Source: a virus (lineage: Duplodnaviria > Heunggongvirae > Uroviricota > Caudoviricetes). Taken from it: a DNA stretch of 64,000 nt. Of this stretch, positions 35,517-45,862 are shown piece by piece. A model generated the notes under the pieces. That model was not told the origin of the DNA. It saw nothing but the letters and a program-made list of their open reading frames with translations, and did no database searches. Location: IMG/VR virus record IMGVR_UViG_3300017565_000001, positions 269,741-333,740 of that record, one strand, 5' to 3'. The first letter of the stretch is position 1; every line of letters begins with the position of its first letter. Made by a program: the position numbers and the translations under genes.

Positions 35517-36890
35517 ATGTCCACAGTCGACATCATCCGTGCCCTTGCGGCTACTAATAGCCGTACGGACAAGGAACAAATTCTCCTTGACGCTTGGATG
35601 AATGGTGAGCGGGATCTGTTCAAAGGTGGCCAGCTCGCCTACGACATCCTGATGCCCTTCAACGTCAAGAAAGTCGCCGAGATCGAATCCGAAGACGGCG
35701 ACTTGTTCGAACCCACATTCACGTTCCAGAATTTTCTGGATCTCGCCAACAAACTTCACACTCGTCAAATCACAGGCAATGCTGCTCGCGATGCCATCCA
35801 TGCGGCGGCCGGCTCATGTGATGCGGTTGTCTGGAATGAATTCTACCGCCGCGTCCTGCTCAAGGATCTCCGCGCTGGTGTGACCGATACCACATTCAAC
35901 AAAGTTCTTGGCAAGCTTGCCAAGAGCGACAGTACGGCCAATGACTATCTGGTTCCCGTGTTCAGCTGTCAGCTGGCCAAGGACGGAGCTGACGAAGCCA
36001 ACGCCAAGAAGGTTGCTGGCGTCAAGATGCTTGACATCAAGCTGGACGGTGTGCGGCTGCTGACCTTCGTGGACAAGGAAGCGCGGACGGTCACGCAATA
36101 CACTCGCAACGGTAAGGTGAACGACAACTTCACCCACATCCGTGGCATTTTTGAAGCCATCATGGACGAACTTCCGTGCAGCATGGTCTTCGACGGTGAA
36201 ATCACTGGCAAGAACTTCCAGGAGCTTATGACCCAAGTCAACCGTTCCGAAAAGGTCGCCACTGAAGACACCAAGCTGGCTCTGTTCGACATGCTGCCCG
36301 TGGCTGACTTCAAAGCCGGCAGGTGCAAGATGCCCCAGAAGGATCGCCACACCGCAATGGTGGGGTTCTTCAACTCGTCGCAAGCAATCATGGGTACTCT
36401 GCAATACGGCAAAGCCGTGTATGTGGTACCCAAGCTGACGGTTGATCTGCGCACTCCTGAGGGCCAGAAAGCATTCAAGGAATTCAACCGGGAGGCAGTT
36501 GAAGCCGGCTATGAAGGCATCATGGTCAAGGACCCCGAGGCCCCATACGAAACCAAGCGCACGTTTGCCTGGTTGAAGATCAAGCCCTTCATTGAAATCA
36601 GCCTGAAGATCGTGGGCTGGGAAGAAGGAACGGGTAAGAACGTTGGTAAGCTGGGTGCGTGGATCATGGAAGGTACGGACGACGACAAGTTCATCCGTAC
36701 CAACTGCGGTGGTGGCTTCTCGGACAAGGAGCGTGAAGAGTTCTGGCGCGACCGTGAAAAGTACATGGGTTTCATCGGTGAAGTACGCTGCGACGTGCTG
36801 ACGCTTGAGCGCAACAGCACGGACGTATGGTCTGCTCGTTTTCCGCGTTGGAAGGGCTTTCGTGGGACTGAGCCGGGTGAAAAGCTGTAA
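35517..36890 (+). CDS. lig: ATP-dependent DNA ligase
   Basis: KLDGVR (motif I), FDGEI, LFDML, EGIMVK, WLKIK, RFPRW; promoter TTGACT-N17-TAGATT at 35456. Confidence 0.95.
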   Translation: MSTVDIIRALAATNSRTDKEQILLDAWMNGERDLFKGGQLAYDILMPFNVKKVAEIESEDGDLFEPTFTFQNFLDLANKLHTRQITGNAARDAIHAAAGSCDAVVWNEFYRRVLLKDLRAGVTDTTFNKVLGKLAKSDSTANDYLVPVFSCQLAKDGADEANAKKVAGVKMLDIKLDGVRLLTFVDKEARTVTQYTRNGKVNDNFTHIRGIFEAIMDELPCSMVFDGEITGKNFQELMTQVNRSEKVATEDTKLALFDMLPVADFKAGRCKMPQKDRHTAMVGFFNSSQAIMGTLQYGKAVYVVPKLTVDLRTPEGQKAFKEFNREAVEAGYEGIMVKDPEAPYETKRTFAWLKIKPFIEISLKIVGWEEGTGKNVGKLGAWIMEGTDDDKFIRTNCGGGFSDKEREEFWRDREKYMGFIGEVRCDVLTLERNSTDVWSARFPRWKGFRGTEPGEKL

Positions 36891-36942
36891 AGTCTGATCC
36901 CTTGATGATGGGCCCATATGGGCCCATCATCGCGATATAAGG

Positions 36943-37317
36943 ATGCCACATCATATGTTAACGCTCGTTCCGCCAGGCCACGCCCCAAGAGTACCAAACG
37001 ATTGGGTATGCTTTGAATTTCTATTCATTGAAGCATTCTTTTCGAGTTCAAATGATCGGTGCGGGCATGGGCGCGGTCCGGTTTTCGATGAAATTGTCCA
37101 AATACTAAGTGATCATAGTTCTGAAGGCTACTACAAAGTATATCAACGTGACACTGAAGTGAGTATTGAACATCTCGGACAAATCCACAAGTCATTTACT
37201 ATGATGCCGCTTTGGTATATACAAGTCATGGTCTCACCAGAAATGATGATGATTATAAAAATGCTGTCGACGCACGCCGACAAACTAAAGAGCACAGAGT
37301 TCAAATGGGAAGATTAA
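36943..37317 (+). CDS. Hypothetical protein
   Basis: 124-aa ORF. Confidence 0.55.
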   Translation: MPHHMLTLVPPGHAPRVPNDWVCFEFLFIEAFFSSSNDRCGHGRGPVFDEIVQILSDHSSEGYYKVYQRDTEVSIEHLGQIHKSFTMMPLWYIQVMVSPEMMMIIKMLSTHADKLKSTEFKWED

Positions 37318-37805
37318 TTACACTTCAGATGGCAAAAGAAGGATTGGGATCGGGATGGTATTCAGAAGGATCCAACAACCTAGTCCTGCCATGTCCTGAA
37401 TATCAACATGCTGTTCATATTGCTAAGGATGCCCTTGATGGGCATCGCATAGCCATCCGCAAATGGATTGAACGGAACACTGATGAAACAGTGATACTGA
37501 CTTATCTGGATCTTCGTTACTACTACAACTGGGGCCGTCGATACAGTGATCACGGTTACCAAGTCAGTCATGGATACCATCAATTTTACTTTGAAGAGTC
37601 CACAACCGCGCTTGCTTTTGGCCTCGCATTCACTGATGTCATAACGCACGAGCCCATGCTGTATTCGGAAAACAATGTTCCCCACAGAGAAACCAGATAT
37701 CTGTTGGATGATGGTTCTATCGAAACTCGGGAAGAAACCGAAAACGTATCCGTCGCACACGAACAAGAACGCAAGAGCCGCCTTTACAACCATCGCGGAT
37801 ATTAA
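37305..37805 (+). CDS. Protein with FxxxxxAxxFxL family motif
   Basis: IRKWIERNT...FYFEESTTALAFGLAF. Confidence 0.65.
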   Translation: MGRLITLQMAKEGLGSGWYSEGSNNLVLPCPEYQHAVHIAKDALDGHRIAIRKWIERNTDETVILTYLDLRYYYNWGRRYSDHGYQVSHGYHQFYFEESTTALAFGLAFTDVITHEPMLYSENNVPHRETRYLLDDGSIETREETENVSVAHEQERKSRLYNHRGY

Positions 37806-37961
37806 GTACCAGCTAAATACCAACTCACGGAGAGGGTGATCCTCTCCGTCGCCATTTTTGCACTTTGTCACCACCATGTTTATTATGTGATTCTGCTGAT
37901 TAACAGCCACATAACAAACGCGACATTGCTCGCTTCAAATAGGCCTAAGATAAGGCATCAA

Positions 37962-38984
37962 ATGACGGGAAGAATTGGTTTTTGCTGTAGTTGGGTGAGC
38001 TCAACCCAAGATGAGAATGAAGAGCTGCTGATGAATCAACGCACCACGACTATTACGTCGTTGAGTAAGTTGGGTACTATCAAAGCAACTGACAAGCTTC
38101 TGAAGCTAGTCAGAAACAACATGGATACGTTGGAACGCGCGGTTGAATGGGTGGGTAACCTCCCAGAAGGTCAGCGTATGTTTCGTATCGGTTCCGAAAT
38201 CCTACCAGCATATACACATGAAGTAGCAGAAGCCATATATCTGGAACCTGTTATGCGTGATGCTATGGAGACAGGTTTTGCTAAGATCGGACAAGTCGCC
38301 AGAGAATACGATGTTCGTCTATCCTTCCACCCAGGACAATACTGCCTATTGAATACCCTGAACCCTGTCGCAAAGATTCGCGCCATCAAAGAATTCGAAT
38401 ATCACGTCGACATGATGCGCATGATGGGCTACACAGGTGGATGGCATCCACATGGTGCCGCAATTAATATCCACGTTGGAAGTAGGGCTGGCGGTGTTGA
38501 TGGCTTCATCGAAGGTTTGAAAGAACTCTCGACTGAAGGTCAAAACCTGATCACTGTTGAGAATGACGAATATTCGTTTGGTCTTGATAGCATGGAGCCC
38601 ATTGCTGAACATTGCCCAATCGTTCTGGATATTCATCATGAATGGGTTTTCAGTGGTGGTGAATACATTCAACCTGATGATCCCAGGATCCAATATGTGA
38701 AGGATTCGTGGAGGGGAGTTAGGCCCTTGGGTCATTACAGCCTTAGCCGCGAGACCGTCCTCAGGGGCGCACCAACAGACGTTCAACCCGACTTTGATGC
38801 CTTGAGACTAAAGGGATTCAGCCTGCGCGATCTACGGGCCCATTCCGAAATGTGTTGGAACACTGCTTGTAATGACTGGGCAATTTCTCATCTGGATTGG
38901 ATGGACATTGAGGTTGAAGCCAAACAAAAGAACCTGGCTAGTGAACAACTTTATCAACAATGGCAAGCAAGCAAGAAAAACTGA
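37962..38984 (+). CDS. uvsE: UV damage endonuclease (UvsE/UVDE)
   Basis: RIGFCC, MFRIGSE, RLSFHPGQY, INIHVG, ITVENDE, VLDIHH, RAHS, IEVEAKQK. Confidence 0.92.
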   Translation: MTGRIGFCCSWVSSTQDENEELLMNQRTTTITSLSKLGTIKATDKLLKLVRNNMDTLERAVEWVGNLPEGQRMFRIGSEILPAYTHEVAEAIYLEPVMRDAMETGFAKIGQVAREYDVRLSFHPGQYCLLNTLNPVAKIRAIKEFEYHVDMMRMMGYTGGWHPHGAAINIHVGSRAGGVDGFIEGLKELSTEGQNLITVENDEYSFGLDSMEPIAEHCPIVLDIHHEWVFSGGEYIQPDDPRIQYVKDSWRGVRPLGHYSLSRETVLRGAPTDVQPDFDALRLKGFSLRDLRAHSEMCWNTACNDWAISHLDWMDIEVEAKQKNLASEQLYQQWQASKKN

Positions 38985-39051
38985 TTTCTATTTTGACGCA
39001 GTAAACCACAAAACATACCATATACTCACTAACTTGGAGAAGAGACAGAAA

Positions 39052-39309
39052 ATGTCCGACAACAACACCATCAATCTCGACAAAGACAAACTCAAGGAAA
39101 CCATCGAAAAGGGCCTGCGTCTGCAACAAGAAATCGCCGATCTGCGCGAAGACTTGAAGGCAATGGTTACCGAAGCCGCTCAACTGGTCAATGTCAAGCC
39201 CGCTATCCTGAACAAGGCCATCCGTGTCGCGTTCAAGAGCTCGCTGAGCAAGCAACGCGAAGATATCGAAACTCTGGAAGAAATTCTGGAAGCTGCTGGT
39301 CGCGGTTAA
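39052..39309 (+). CDS. Small coiled-coil DNA-binding protein (T4 DsbA / GapR-like)
   Basis: LKETIEKGLRLQQEIADLREDLKAM...VKPAILNKAIR pattern. Confidence 0.55.
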   Translation: MSDNNTINLDKDKLKETIEKGLRLQQEIADLREDLKAMVTEAAQLVNVKPAILNKAIRVAFKSSLSKQREDIETLEEILEAAGRG

Positions 39310-39358
39310 TTCTTTGGGGAGGGTTCTCCTCCCCAACAGCTAAATCAATAATAAGAAA

Positions 39359-39664
39359 ATGCTGACATTCAAAAGGCCTGCCATCTTTAATGGCATCTTG
39401 GATAACTGGAAACATGATTACAAACATAACCCAGCTATCTTTTGGCTTGAACTAATTGGTACCCTGGGATGTGTTGTGGCCGCAGGCTCGCTTGCTCTAC
39501 TTGCACCCCACCCCAATTTGATTCTGACATATTGCGCGTACCTTGTTGGTAGCACATCATTGTCAATCAGTAGCTACATGCGAAACAACGGTTTCTGGTT
39601 GCTATTGAATATGTTCTTTGCCATTGTCGATATTATCGGCTTGACAAAGACACTAATGGCTTAA
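39359..39664 (+). CDS. Small multi-pass membrane protein
   Basis: Three hydrophobic segments. Confidence 0.65.
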   Translation: MLTFKRPAIFNGILDNWKHDYKHNPAIFWLELIGTLGCVVAAGSLALLAPHPNLILTYCAYLVGSTSLSISSYMRNNGFWLLLNMFFAIVDIIGLTKTLMA

Positions 39665-39721
39665 TTAAGAGCCATACTCGGAAAGGTCTGCCGGCCAGAA
39701 ACGGCATTCGGAGGAAGTAAC

Positions 39722-42538
39722 ATGTACGTGGACGCAATCCATTCGCGTGATTCCGACGAGATTCATATTGTTGAACGTAATAAAAATGGCGAGCGAGTAT
39801 ACAAAACTTTGCCCGCCAATTACGTTTTCTACTATCCTGATTCTCGCGGGAAATACAAGAGTATCTTTGGTGATGCTCTATCAAAATATTCAACTGTAAA
39901 CGGTAAAGCTTTCAATCGAGAAAAGATGCTCGTGGGAAGCAAAAAGAAACTGTTTGAAAGTGATATCAATCCAGTGTTCAGGTGTTTGGAAGAAAACTAC
40001 CTGCACGCTGACACCCCAGTTTTGAACCTGGGTTTCTTCGATATTGAGGTCGCATTTGACCTTAAACGTGGCTTTGCCCCAACTGAAGATCCATTCAACC
40101 AGGTTACGGCTATCTCAGTCCATATCAGCAATTTGAACAAGCTAGTGACGTTGGTATTACCACCGCCCACTATGTCACTTGATGAAGCTGAACGAATCGC
40201 CAACAAGTTTCAGGACACTATCGTGTTTGATGACGAAGCTGATATGCTTCGTGCATTCCTGGATTTGATTGACGACGTGGATGTTCTGAGTGGTTGGAAC
40301 TCAACGGGCTTCGATATTCCCTATATGGTGAATCGTATTATCCGTGTGTTGGGTAAGGACGAAGCACGACGTTTCTGCTTGTGGGGCCAAATGCCCAAGA
40401 AGCGGGAATACATTAAGTTCAAGAAAAAGAACTTCACTTATGATCTGGTTGGTCGTGTTCACCTGGATTATTTGGAACTGTATCAAAAGCACAACCCGCA
40501 ACAGCTTCACAGCTATCGACTGGACTTTGTGGGTGAAATCGAAGTTGGCGAAAACAAGACACCGTATGAAGGTACGCTGGATGATTTGTACAAGAAGGAC
40601 TTTGAAAAGTTCATCGAATACAACCGTCAAGATACCATGCTGCTGGTGAAGATCGACGCGAAGAAACGCTTCATCGAACTTGCTAACCAGATTGCGCACA
40701 CCAACACGGTGCTTCTTAAGACCACCATGGGATCGGTTGCACTTATTGAGCAAGCTATCACGAATGAAGCACATGAGCGTGGCATGATCATTCCTGACCG
40801 CAAGCCACGTCCCGGTACATATGGTTCAGATGACGATGAAGAAGCATTCGACGATGATGACGATGATGATGACTCTCCTAAGGGTAAGTTGACTGCTGTC
40901 GGCGCATACGTGGCTGATCCTAAGACTGGCATTCAGGATGAGATTGGTTGCTGCGACATTAACTCCCTGTACCCGTCCACTCTTCGCGCCCTCAATATGA
41001 GCCCCGAAACGTTGGTTGGGCATATTCGCCCCATTGCAACGGATGCTATGTTGGATAATCGCTTGCGATCAATGGCCAGCAATCTGATCTGGGAAGGTGT
41101 GTTCTGTACTCTGGAGTTTGACAGCATCAGAGACCGTACTATGGACGCCATCGAGATCGACTTTGAAGATGGTACCAGCACTAAGATGCGGGCTGAAGAA
41201 CTGAACAACTACATCTTCCACGAAGGTCGTCCTCTGTCGATCAGTGCAAACGGTACTTTGTTCCGTACTGATATCGAGGGTGTGATTCCTGGTCTTCTGG
41301 CAAAGTGGTATAGCCAACGAAAGACTATGCAGAAAAAGGAGAAGGAATTCTCCAAGTTGCTCAAGGAAGAGAAGGCTAAAGATAACCCAGATGCTGCACT
41401 GATTGCTGAATATTCATATCAGGAAACTTTCTGGAATCAACGTCAACAAGCTCGTAAGATTTTGTTGAACTCGCTATACGGCGCTTTGTTGAACGAAAGC
41501 ATGAAGTTTTATGACAAGCGTATTGGTCAATCGGTTACTTTGACCGGTCGTTCAATTGCTCGTCACATGAATAGCAAGATCAACGAGATTATCACCGGCG
41601 CTTATGATTATAAGGGTGACGCGATTATCTATGCTGATACTGACTCGTCATATTTCAGCGCAAAGGCAGTTTGGCAGAATCGTCCAGAATACAAGGACTT
41701 TGAATTCACTCGTGACAATATTATCGCTCTTTACGATGGTATTGGTGACGAAGTGAACGAAAGTTTCCCTGAATTCATGCATCGTTCATTCAACACTGGT
41801 CTGGAACGCGGGGCCATTATTGCTGCTGGTCGTGAACTGGTTGCTAGTAAGGGTCTGTTCATTAAGAAAAAGAAGTACGCGGTACTCATGTACGACAAGG
41901 AAGGTTTCCGGTACGATACTGACGGTAAGCCTGGCAAGTTGAAGGTCATGGGCCTGGACCTGAAGCGCAGCGATACGCCTCAATTCATGCAAGACTTCCT
42001 GGAAGAAGTCCTGATGTCAACGCTGACTGGCAAGACTCAGGATGACATCTTTGAACGTATTCGTGGATTCCGTCGTGATTTCCGTGAACGTCCAGGTTGG
42101 GAAAAGGGTACTCCCAAGAAAGTAAACGGCTTGACCGATTACATGGACAGGGAAAACGCTGCTGGTAGTTTGGGTAAGAACATTTTCACCAGCGCAAACG
42201 TGGGAACGAAGAGCAAGGTGAATATGCCAGGTCACGTTCGTGCTGCTATGAACTGGATGAAGCTGCGTAAGATGCATGGCGACAATTTCAGTATGAGCAT
42301 TACTGACGGTCAAAAGGTTATCGTATGCAAGCTGAAGCCTAATCCAATGAAGATGGATTCGGTTGCTTATCCGATCGACGAACCACACTTGCCGCAATGG
42401 TTCAAAGAATTGCCGTTTGATCATTCGTTGATGGAAGAAACGATTATCGACTTCAAACTGTCCAACCTGTTGGGCGTTCTGAAGTGGGATTTGAGCAAAA
42501 CCAACGACGACATCGAAAACGAACTGTTTAGCTGGTAA
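39722..42538 (+). CDS. Family B DNA polymerase (T4 gp43-like)
   Basis: Exonuclease FFDIEV, GWNSTGFDIPY, YNRQD; polymerase DINSLYPS, KILLNSLYG, YADTDS, KKKYA. Confidence 0.97.
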   Translation: MYVDAIHSRDSDEIHIVERNKNGERVYKTLPANYVFYYPDSRGKYKSIFGDALSKYSTVNGKAFNREKMLVGSKKKLFESDINPVFRCLEENYLHADTPVLNLGFFDIEVAFDLKRGFAPTEDPFNQVTAISVHISNLNKLVTLVLPPPTMSLDEAERIANKFQDTIVFDDEADMLRAFLDLIDDVDVLSGWNSTGFDIPYMVNRIIRVLGKDEARRFCLWGQMPKKREYIKFKKKNFTYDLVGRVHLDYLELYQKHNPQQLHSYRLDFVGEIEVGENKTPYEGTLDDLYKKDFEKFIEYNRQDTMLLVKIDAKKRFIELANQIAHTNTVLLKTTMGSVALIEQAITNEAHERGMIIPDRKPRPGTYGSDDDEEAFDDDDDDDDSPKGKLTAVGAYVADPKTGIQDEIGCCDINSLYPSTLRALNMSPETLVGHIRPIATDAMLDNRLRSMASNLIWEGVFCTLEFDSIRDRTMDAIEIDFEDGTSTKMRAEELNNYIFHEGRPLSISANGTLFRTDIEGVIPGLLAKWYSQRKTMQKKEKEFSKLLKEEKAKDNPDAALIAEYSYQETFWNQRQQARKILLNSLYGALLNESMKFYDKRIGQSVTLTGRSIARHMNSKINEIITGAYDYKGDAIIYADTDSSYFSAKAVWQNRPEYKDFEFTRDNIIALYDGIGDEVNESFPEFMHRSFNTGLERGAIIAAGRELVASKGLFIKKKKYAVLMYDKEGFRYDTDGKPGKLKVMGLDLKRSDTPQFMQDFLEEVLMSTLTGKTQDDIFERIRGFRRDFRERPGWEKGTPKKVNGLTDYMDRENAAGSLGKNIFTSANVGTKSKVNMPGHVRAAMNWMKLRKMHGDNFSMSITDGQKVIVCKLKPNPMKMDSVAYPIDEPHLPQWFKELPFDHSLMEETIIDFKLSNLLGVLKWDLSKTNDDIENELFSW

Positions 42539-42642
42539 TTTGAAGGTGGTGCGGAAAATAATTTGCGCACCACCTTTTACTCACATACAATAGAATCAAT
42601 AAACAAAAGCCCACTGGGCACATAACAACAAGAAGAGAAAAT

Positions 42643-43380
42643 ATGCGCGAAATTCTAACCGACGTCGTTAAGAAGATTGGTGGTCTGGGCTTTGTGGATA
42701 CCGTGAAGGTTACCGGTACCGCCGACGAAACTAAGATCGAAGCCATCGACAATGACAAGACCGTCATTATCAAGGCTAAGTTGAATGCCCCTCAAGCCGA
42801 CCTTATTGGTGACTTTGGTATCAGCTCCCTGCCCCTGCTGAGCGGCCTGCTGAACTTCACCAGCTACAAGACTGATGACGCCACGTTCAACGTGAAGCGT
42901 CGTGACATGAACGGTAAAACTGTTCCTGAAGAATTCGAATTCCGTGATGCCGCTGGCCTGGGTTCCAACTTCCGTCTGATGAGCGCCAACCTGGTGTCAG
43001 AACAACCCATCGTTGCTGACATCAAGTGGGACGTTTCGTTTGTTCCCACCAAGAGCAAGATCCAGGAATTCTCCTCGCTGGCCGGTCTGTACAGCCAGTT
43101 CGACCAGTTCTTCTCTGTTAAGACCAAGGACGGCAACCTGGTTGTCGCTATTGGTGAAGAAGCTGCTGCTACTCACCGTGCTTCCATGGTTTTGGTTGAG
43201 GGCGTGGCCGGTGAATTGAAGGGCGAACTGCTGTGGCCCATCTCGCAATTCCTGAGCATTGTGAAGCTGGCTGATGGTAACGACTACACGGTCGGTATCA
43301 CCAGCAAAGGCGCTCTGCAAGTCGAAGTCACGACTGAGCACGCCAATTACAAATTCATTATGCCTGCACGTCGTCGTTAA
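42643..43380 (+). CDS. Sliding clamp (gp45/PCNA-like)
   Basis: 245 aa directly after the polymerase; two-domain alpha/beta pattern; ends YKFIMPARRR. Confidence 0.65.
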   Translation: MREILTDVVKKIGGLGFVDTVKVTGTADETKIEAIDNDKTVIIKAKLNAPQADLIGDFGISSLPLLSGLLNFTSYKTDDATFNVKRRDMNGKTVPEEFEFRDAAGLGSNFRLMSANLVSEQPIVADIKWDVSFVPTKSKIQEFSSLAGLYSQFDQFFSVKTKDGNLVVAIGEEAAATHRASMVLVEGVAGELKGELLWPISQFLSIVKLADGNDYTVGITSKGALQVEVTTEHANYKFIMPARRR

Positions 43381-43438
43381 TCTTTGATTGACTGACTGGA
43401 TGGCTCCCTAGTGGAGCCATCATTCATAGGAAATTCAT

Positions 43439-43768
43439 ATGCACGATTTCAATGAATTGTTCAAAGAACAATTGGCAAACGAATTACCGTACACAAAAGG
43501 TATGGTCAATTCAACCCTGCACTTGATGGCACATACCATGACGCCCAGGGAAATCATGGCCAAGAGCAAAGAGCTTAAGGCCAAAATTGGCAAGAAGCGA
43601 GTCATGTATTACCTGGTTGGTCGCAACGCTGATAGTTCACCTAAGACCGCACGGATTCTGAAAGTATGGGAAGATGACTTTGAGCAGTTGCAAAAAGAAC
43701 TGGCAGAGTATAACTTTGTAGGCTACGAGGGCAAGTTGCCAAAGTTCGCACACAAAGACTTGAAATGA
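43439..43768 (+). CDS. Hypothetical protein
   Basis: 109-aa ORF with AGGA SD. Confidence 0.65.
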   Translation: MHDFNELFKEQLANELPYTKGMVNSTLHLMAHTMTPREIMAKSKELKAKIGKKRVMYYLVGRNADSSPKTARILKVWEDDFEQLQKELAEYNFVGYEGKLPKFAHKDLK

Positions 43769-44067
43769 ATCTTATCACCATCCAGGGTATTGGTACCATT
43801 CGAATGGTATCAATGAAAACGCTCAGAGAAGCAAAGCCATTGCACGAAACTGACCGCTATCAGTATGTGATGACAAAGCGGCGTTTGCGGCCGTCATTTG
43901 AATACGGTGTGCCGATCAAAAACTTTCATGATCTTGATCGGTTGAAACATATCGGTGGGCGGCATGTCACGCTTCAAGCGCAAAACGCAGAGAATCAAGG
44001 AACCTATGTCTTTGTGCTGTTCGAGGACCCAGAGACTGCTCTAGCATTTCAATTGGCAATCGGATGA
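43765..44067 (+). CDS. Small protein, FxxxxxAxxFxL family
   Basis: C-terminal VLFEDPETALAFQLAIG. Confidence 0.7.
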   Translation: MNLITIQGIGTIRMVSMKTLREAKPLHETDRYQYVMTKRRLRPSFEYGVPIKNFHDLDRLKHIGGRHVTLQAQNAENQGTYVFVLFEDPETALAFQLAIG

Positions 44068-44384
44068 AGTACGACTCCTGCGTATACCTGGATGGTGTTG
44101 GTACCATTTTGACTCCGTTGTTCCCCAGATGGGGCGTCAATGCTGAGTGGTGTAAGAGTGCCGGTATTCAATATGTCGCTACTCACTTGTTCTCAGTATA
44201 TGATGAACTGGCAAAATACAAAGTTTTCACCTTGTCCAAATATGTACCAAACAAATATACTGAACAAGCTATCTGTCAAGTTTATATGACAGATTTCAGC
44301 CACGATAGCGCGTGGCTGCTGGGCTTTGAGACCGACGAAGAATCAATTATTTTCCACCTAACAAAAAATGAATTTTCTAGTTGA
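44064..44384 (+). CDS. Small protein, FxxxxxAxxFxL family
   Basis: C-terminal LGFETDEESIIFHLT; shares GxGTI N-terminus with its neighbour. Confidence 0.7.
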   Translation: MKYDSCVYLDGVGTILTPLFPRWGVNAEWCKSAGIQYVATHLFSVYDELAKYKVFTLSKYVPNKYTEQAICQVYMTDFSHDSAWLLGFETDEESIIFHLTKNEFSS

Positions 44385-44934
44385 CCCCACGGTAGTAACC
44401 AAATTTGATCGAACGGATGAAGAGCTGGAACTCTATTGGCTTTTCTGTCAAGTAGTGGCTGGTAAGACAGCCAGGGTTCAAGCCAAAGCACTCGCTGCCT
44501 TCTTTGCCCTAGAAAGCACTGGAGGCCCCTTTGACCGCATCCGCGCAATGATTCAGAGTGGAACACTCACCGACAACCTCAAGACGGCCAGGCTTGGCCA
44601 ATACAAGCGGTTGACAGAAGGATTCACTCAGAGTGTTGCCTTGAACTTGCGTACGGCGACCGTAGATGATCTGAAAGCGATCAAGGGCGTGGGCGATAAA
44701 ACCGCTCGATACTTCATCCTGCATACTAGGCCAGATCAACAATTGGCTGTATTGGATCGCCACGTGCTTCGCTATCTGGGGACCTTGGGCTATACCGTTC
44801 CTGAGGGTTCTGCCAATCCCAAACAATATTTGGTTCTTGAACAAGTCTTCCTGGAAGAAGCCAAGAAAGCAAACATGACCCCAGCTGACTTTGACCTGAT
44901 GTTGTGGAACAAATTCAGTAAGGTCACCAAATGA
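44368..44934 (+). CDS. HhH DNA glycosylase/lyase, Ogg2-like
   Basis: HhH LKAIKGVGDKTARYF with catalytic Lys; AVLDRHVLR with catalytic Asp; FDLMLW C-terminus. Confidence 0.75.
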   Translation: MNFLVDPTVVTKFDRTDEELELYWLFCQVVAGKTARVQAKALAAFFALESTGGPFDRIRAMIQSGTLTDNLKTARLGQYKRLTEGFTQSVALNLRTATVDDLKAIKGVGDKTARYFILHTRPDQQLAVLDRHVLRYLGTLGYTVPEGSANPKQYLVLEQVFLEEAKKANMTPADFDLMLWNKFSKVTK

Positions 44935-44979
44935 TTCTACCCTATACTCAATCACGAGTGTAGTTAGTAAGGCGCCATA

Positions 44980-45399
44980 ATGCATTACAACATGTCAAAA
45001 GCTGGTCGATTCACAATATCGATCAACAGCGTATTCGCCAGACTGCATCATACCGAAGACATCGATGAGTTGATTGATTATGGCGTGTGTTCGGTCGGTT
45101 CATTGAATTGGCTACCTGATCCAACTGGACAACCGCATACGGTTGATGTAGTAATTGACGACGACGAAGACGGGTTGATTGGTGATTATTTGGCATTGAT
45201 AGTTCAAGATCAATCCTCTCTTGAAGTAATGGTTTACATGACTGATAGTGATGATGAAGTCAAGGCCAATTATCGGTTGGAATCCCCGTTAATCACTAAG
45301 TTGACTACTTCTCCCAGAACCAGGTTTACTGAGGAATACGAGAAGGATTGTCGGTTCACTCTGACTCTTAACTATTCGTTCGCTAAAAAGACGAATTGA
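44980..45399 (+). CDS. Hypothetical protein
   Basis: 139-aa acidic ORF. Confidence 0.6.
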   Translation: MHYNMSKAGRFTISINSVFARLHHTEDIDELIDYGVCSVGSLNWLPDPTGQPHTVDVVIDDDEDGLIGDYLALIVQDQSSLEVMVYMTDSDDEVKANYRLESPLITKLTTSPRTRFTEEYEKDCRFTLTLNYSFAKKTN

Positions 45400-45466
45400 T
45401 ATTGCCAAGTATACCAAACAGCCGTATAATGTGGCATTGACAAACTCCAATAACAAGAAGAATAAT

Positions 45467-45862
45467 ATGGAAAAACGCTCCAAGATTTTTGTCACCTTCC
45501 AACGTGAAGGCATTCACAAGTATCCAGCAGCACTGACCGACCCCAATTTGGCTACTGGTGGTCCTGATGACGTGAGTTTCCTGGGTTATCCACATCGCCA
45601 CATGTTTCATTTCCGGGTCACCATTGACGTATTCCATGATGACCGTGATATTGAATTCATTCAGTTCAAGCGTTGGCTGGAAGGCTTGTATGGTTCGAAC
45701 ACTCTGGCTCTGGATTATCGTAGCTGCGAGATGATCGCTGACGATTTGAATGCACAAATCGTGGCCAAGTATCCAGGTCGTAACACCATCATCGAAGTTG
45801 CCGAAGACGGTGAGAACGGCGCAATCGTTGAGTTTTTCAACGTCACCGCGTCGCATGACTGA
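45467..45862 (+). CDS. QueD-like (6-pyruvoyl-tetrahydropterin synthase, T-fold) protein
   Basis: EGIH...HRHMFHF Zn-binding His, SCEMIA, EVAEDGENGA; promoter TTGCCA-N17-TATAAT upstream. Confidence 0.7.
   Translation: MEKRSKIFVTFQREGIHKYPAALTDPNLATGGPDDVSFLGYPHRHMFHFRVTIDVFHDDRDIEFIQFKRWLEGLYGSNTLALDYRSCEMIADDLNAQIVAKYPGRNTIIEVAEDGENGAIVEFFNVTASHD

Noticed and set aside
39722-42538. Intein or intron in the DNA polymerase
   Set aside because: Length is ordinary for family B, the motifs are contiguous and no splicing signatures are visible.
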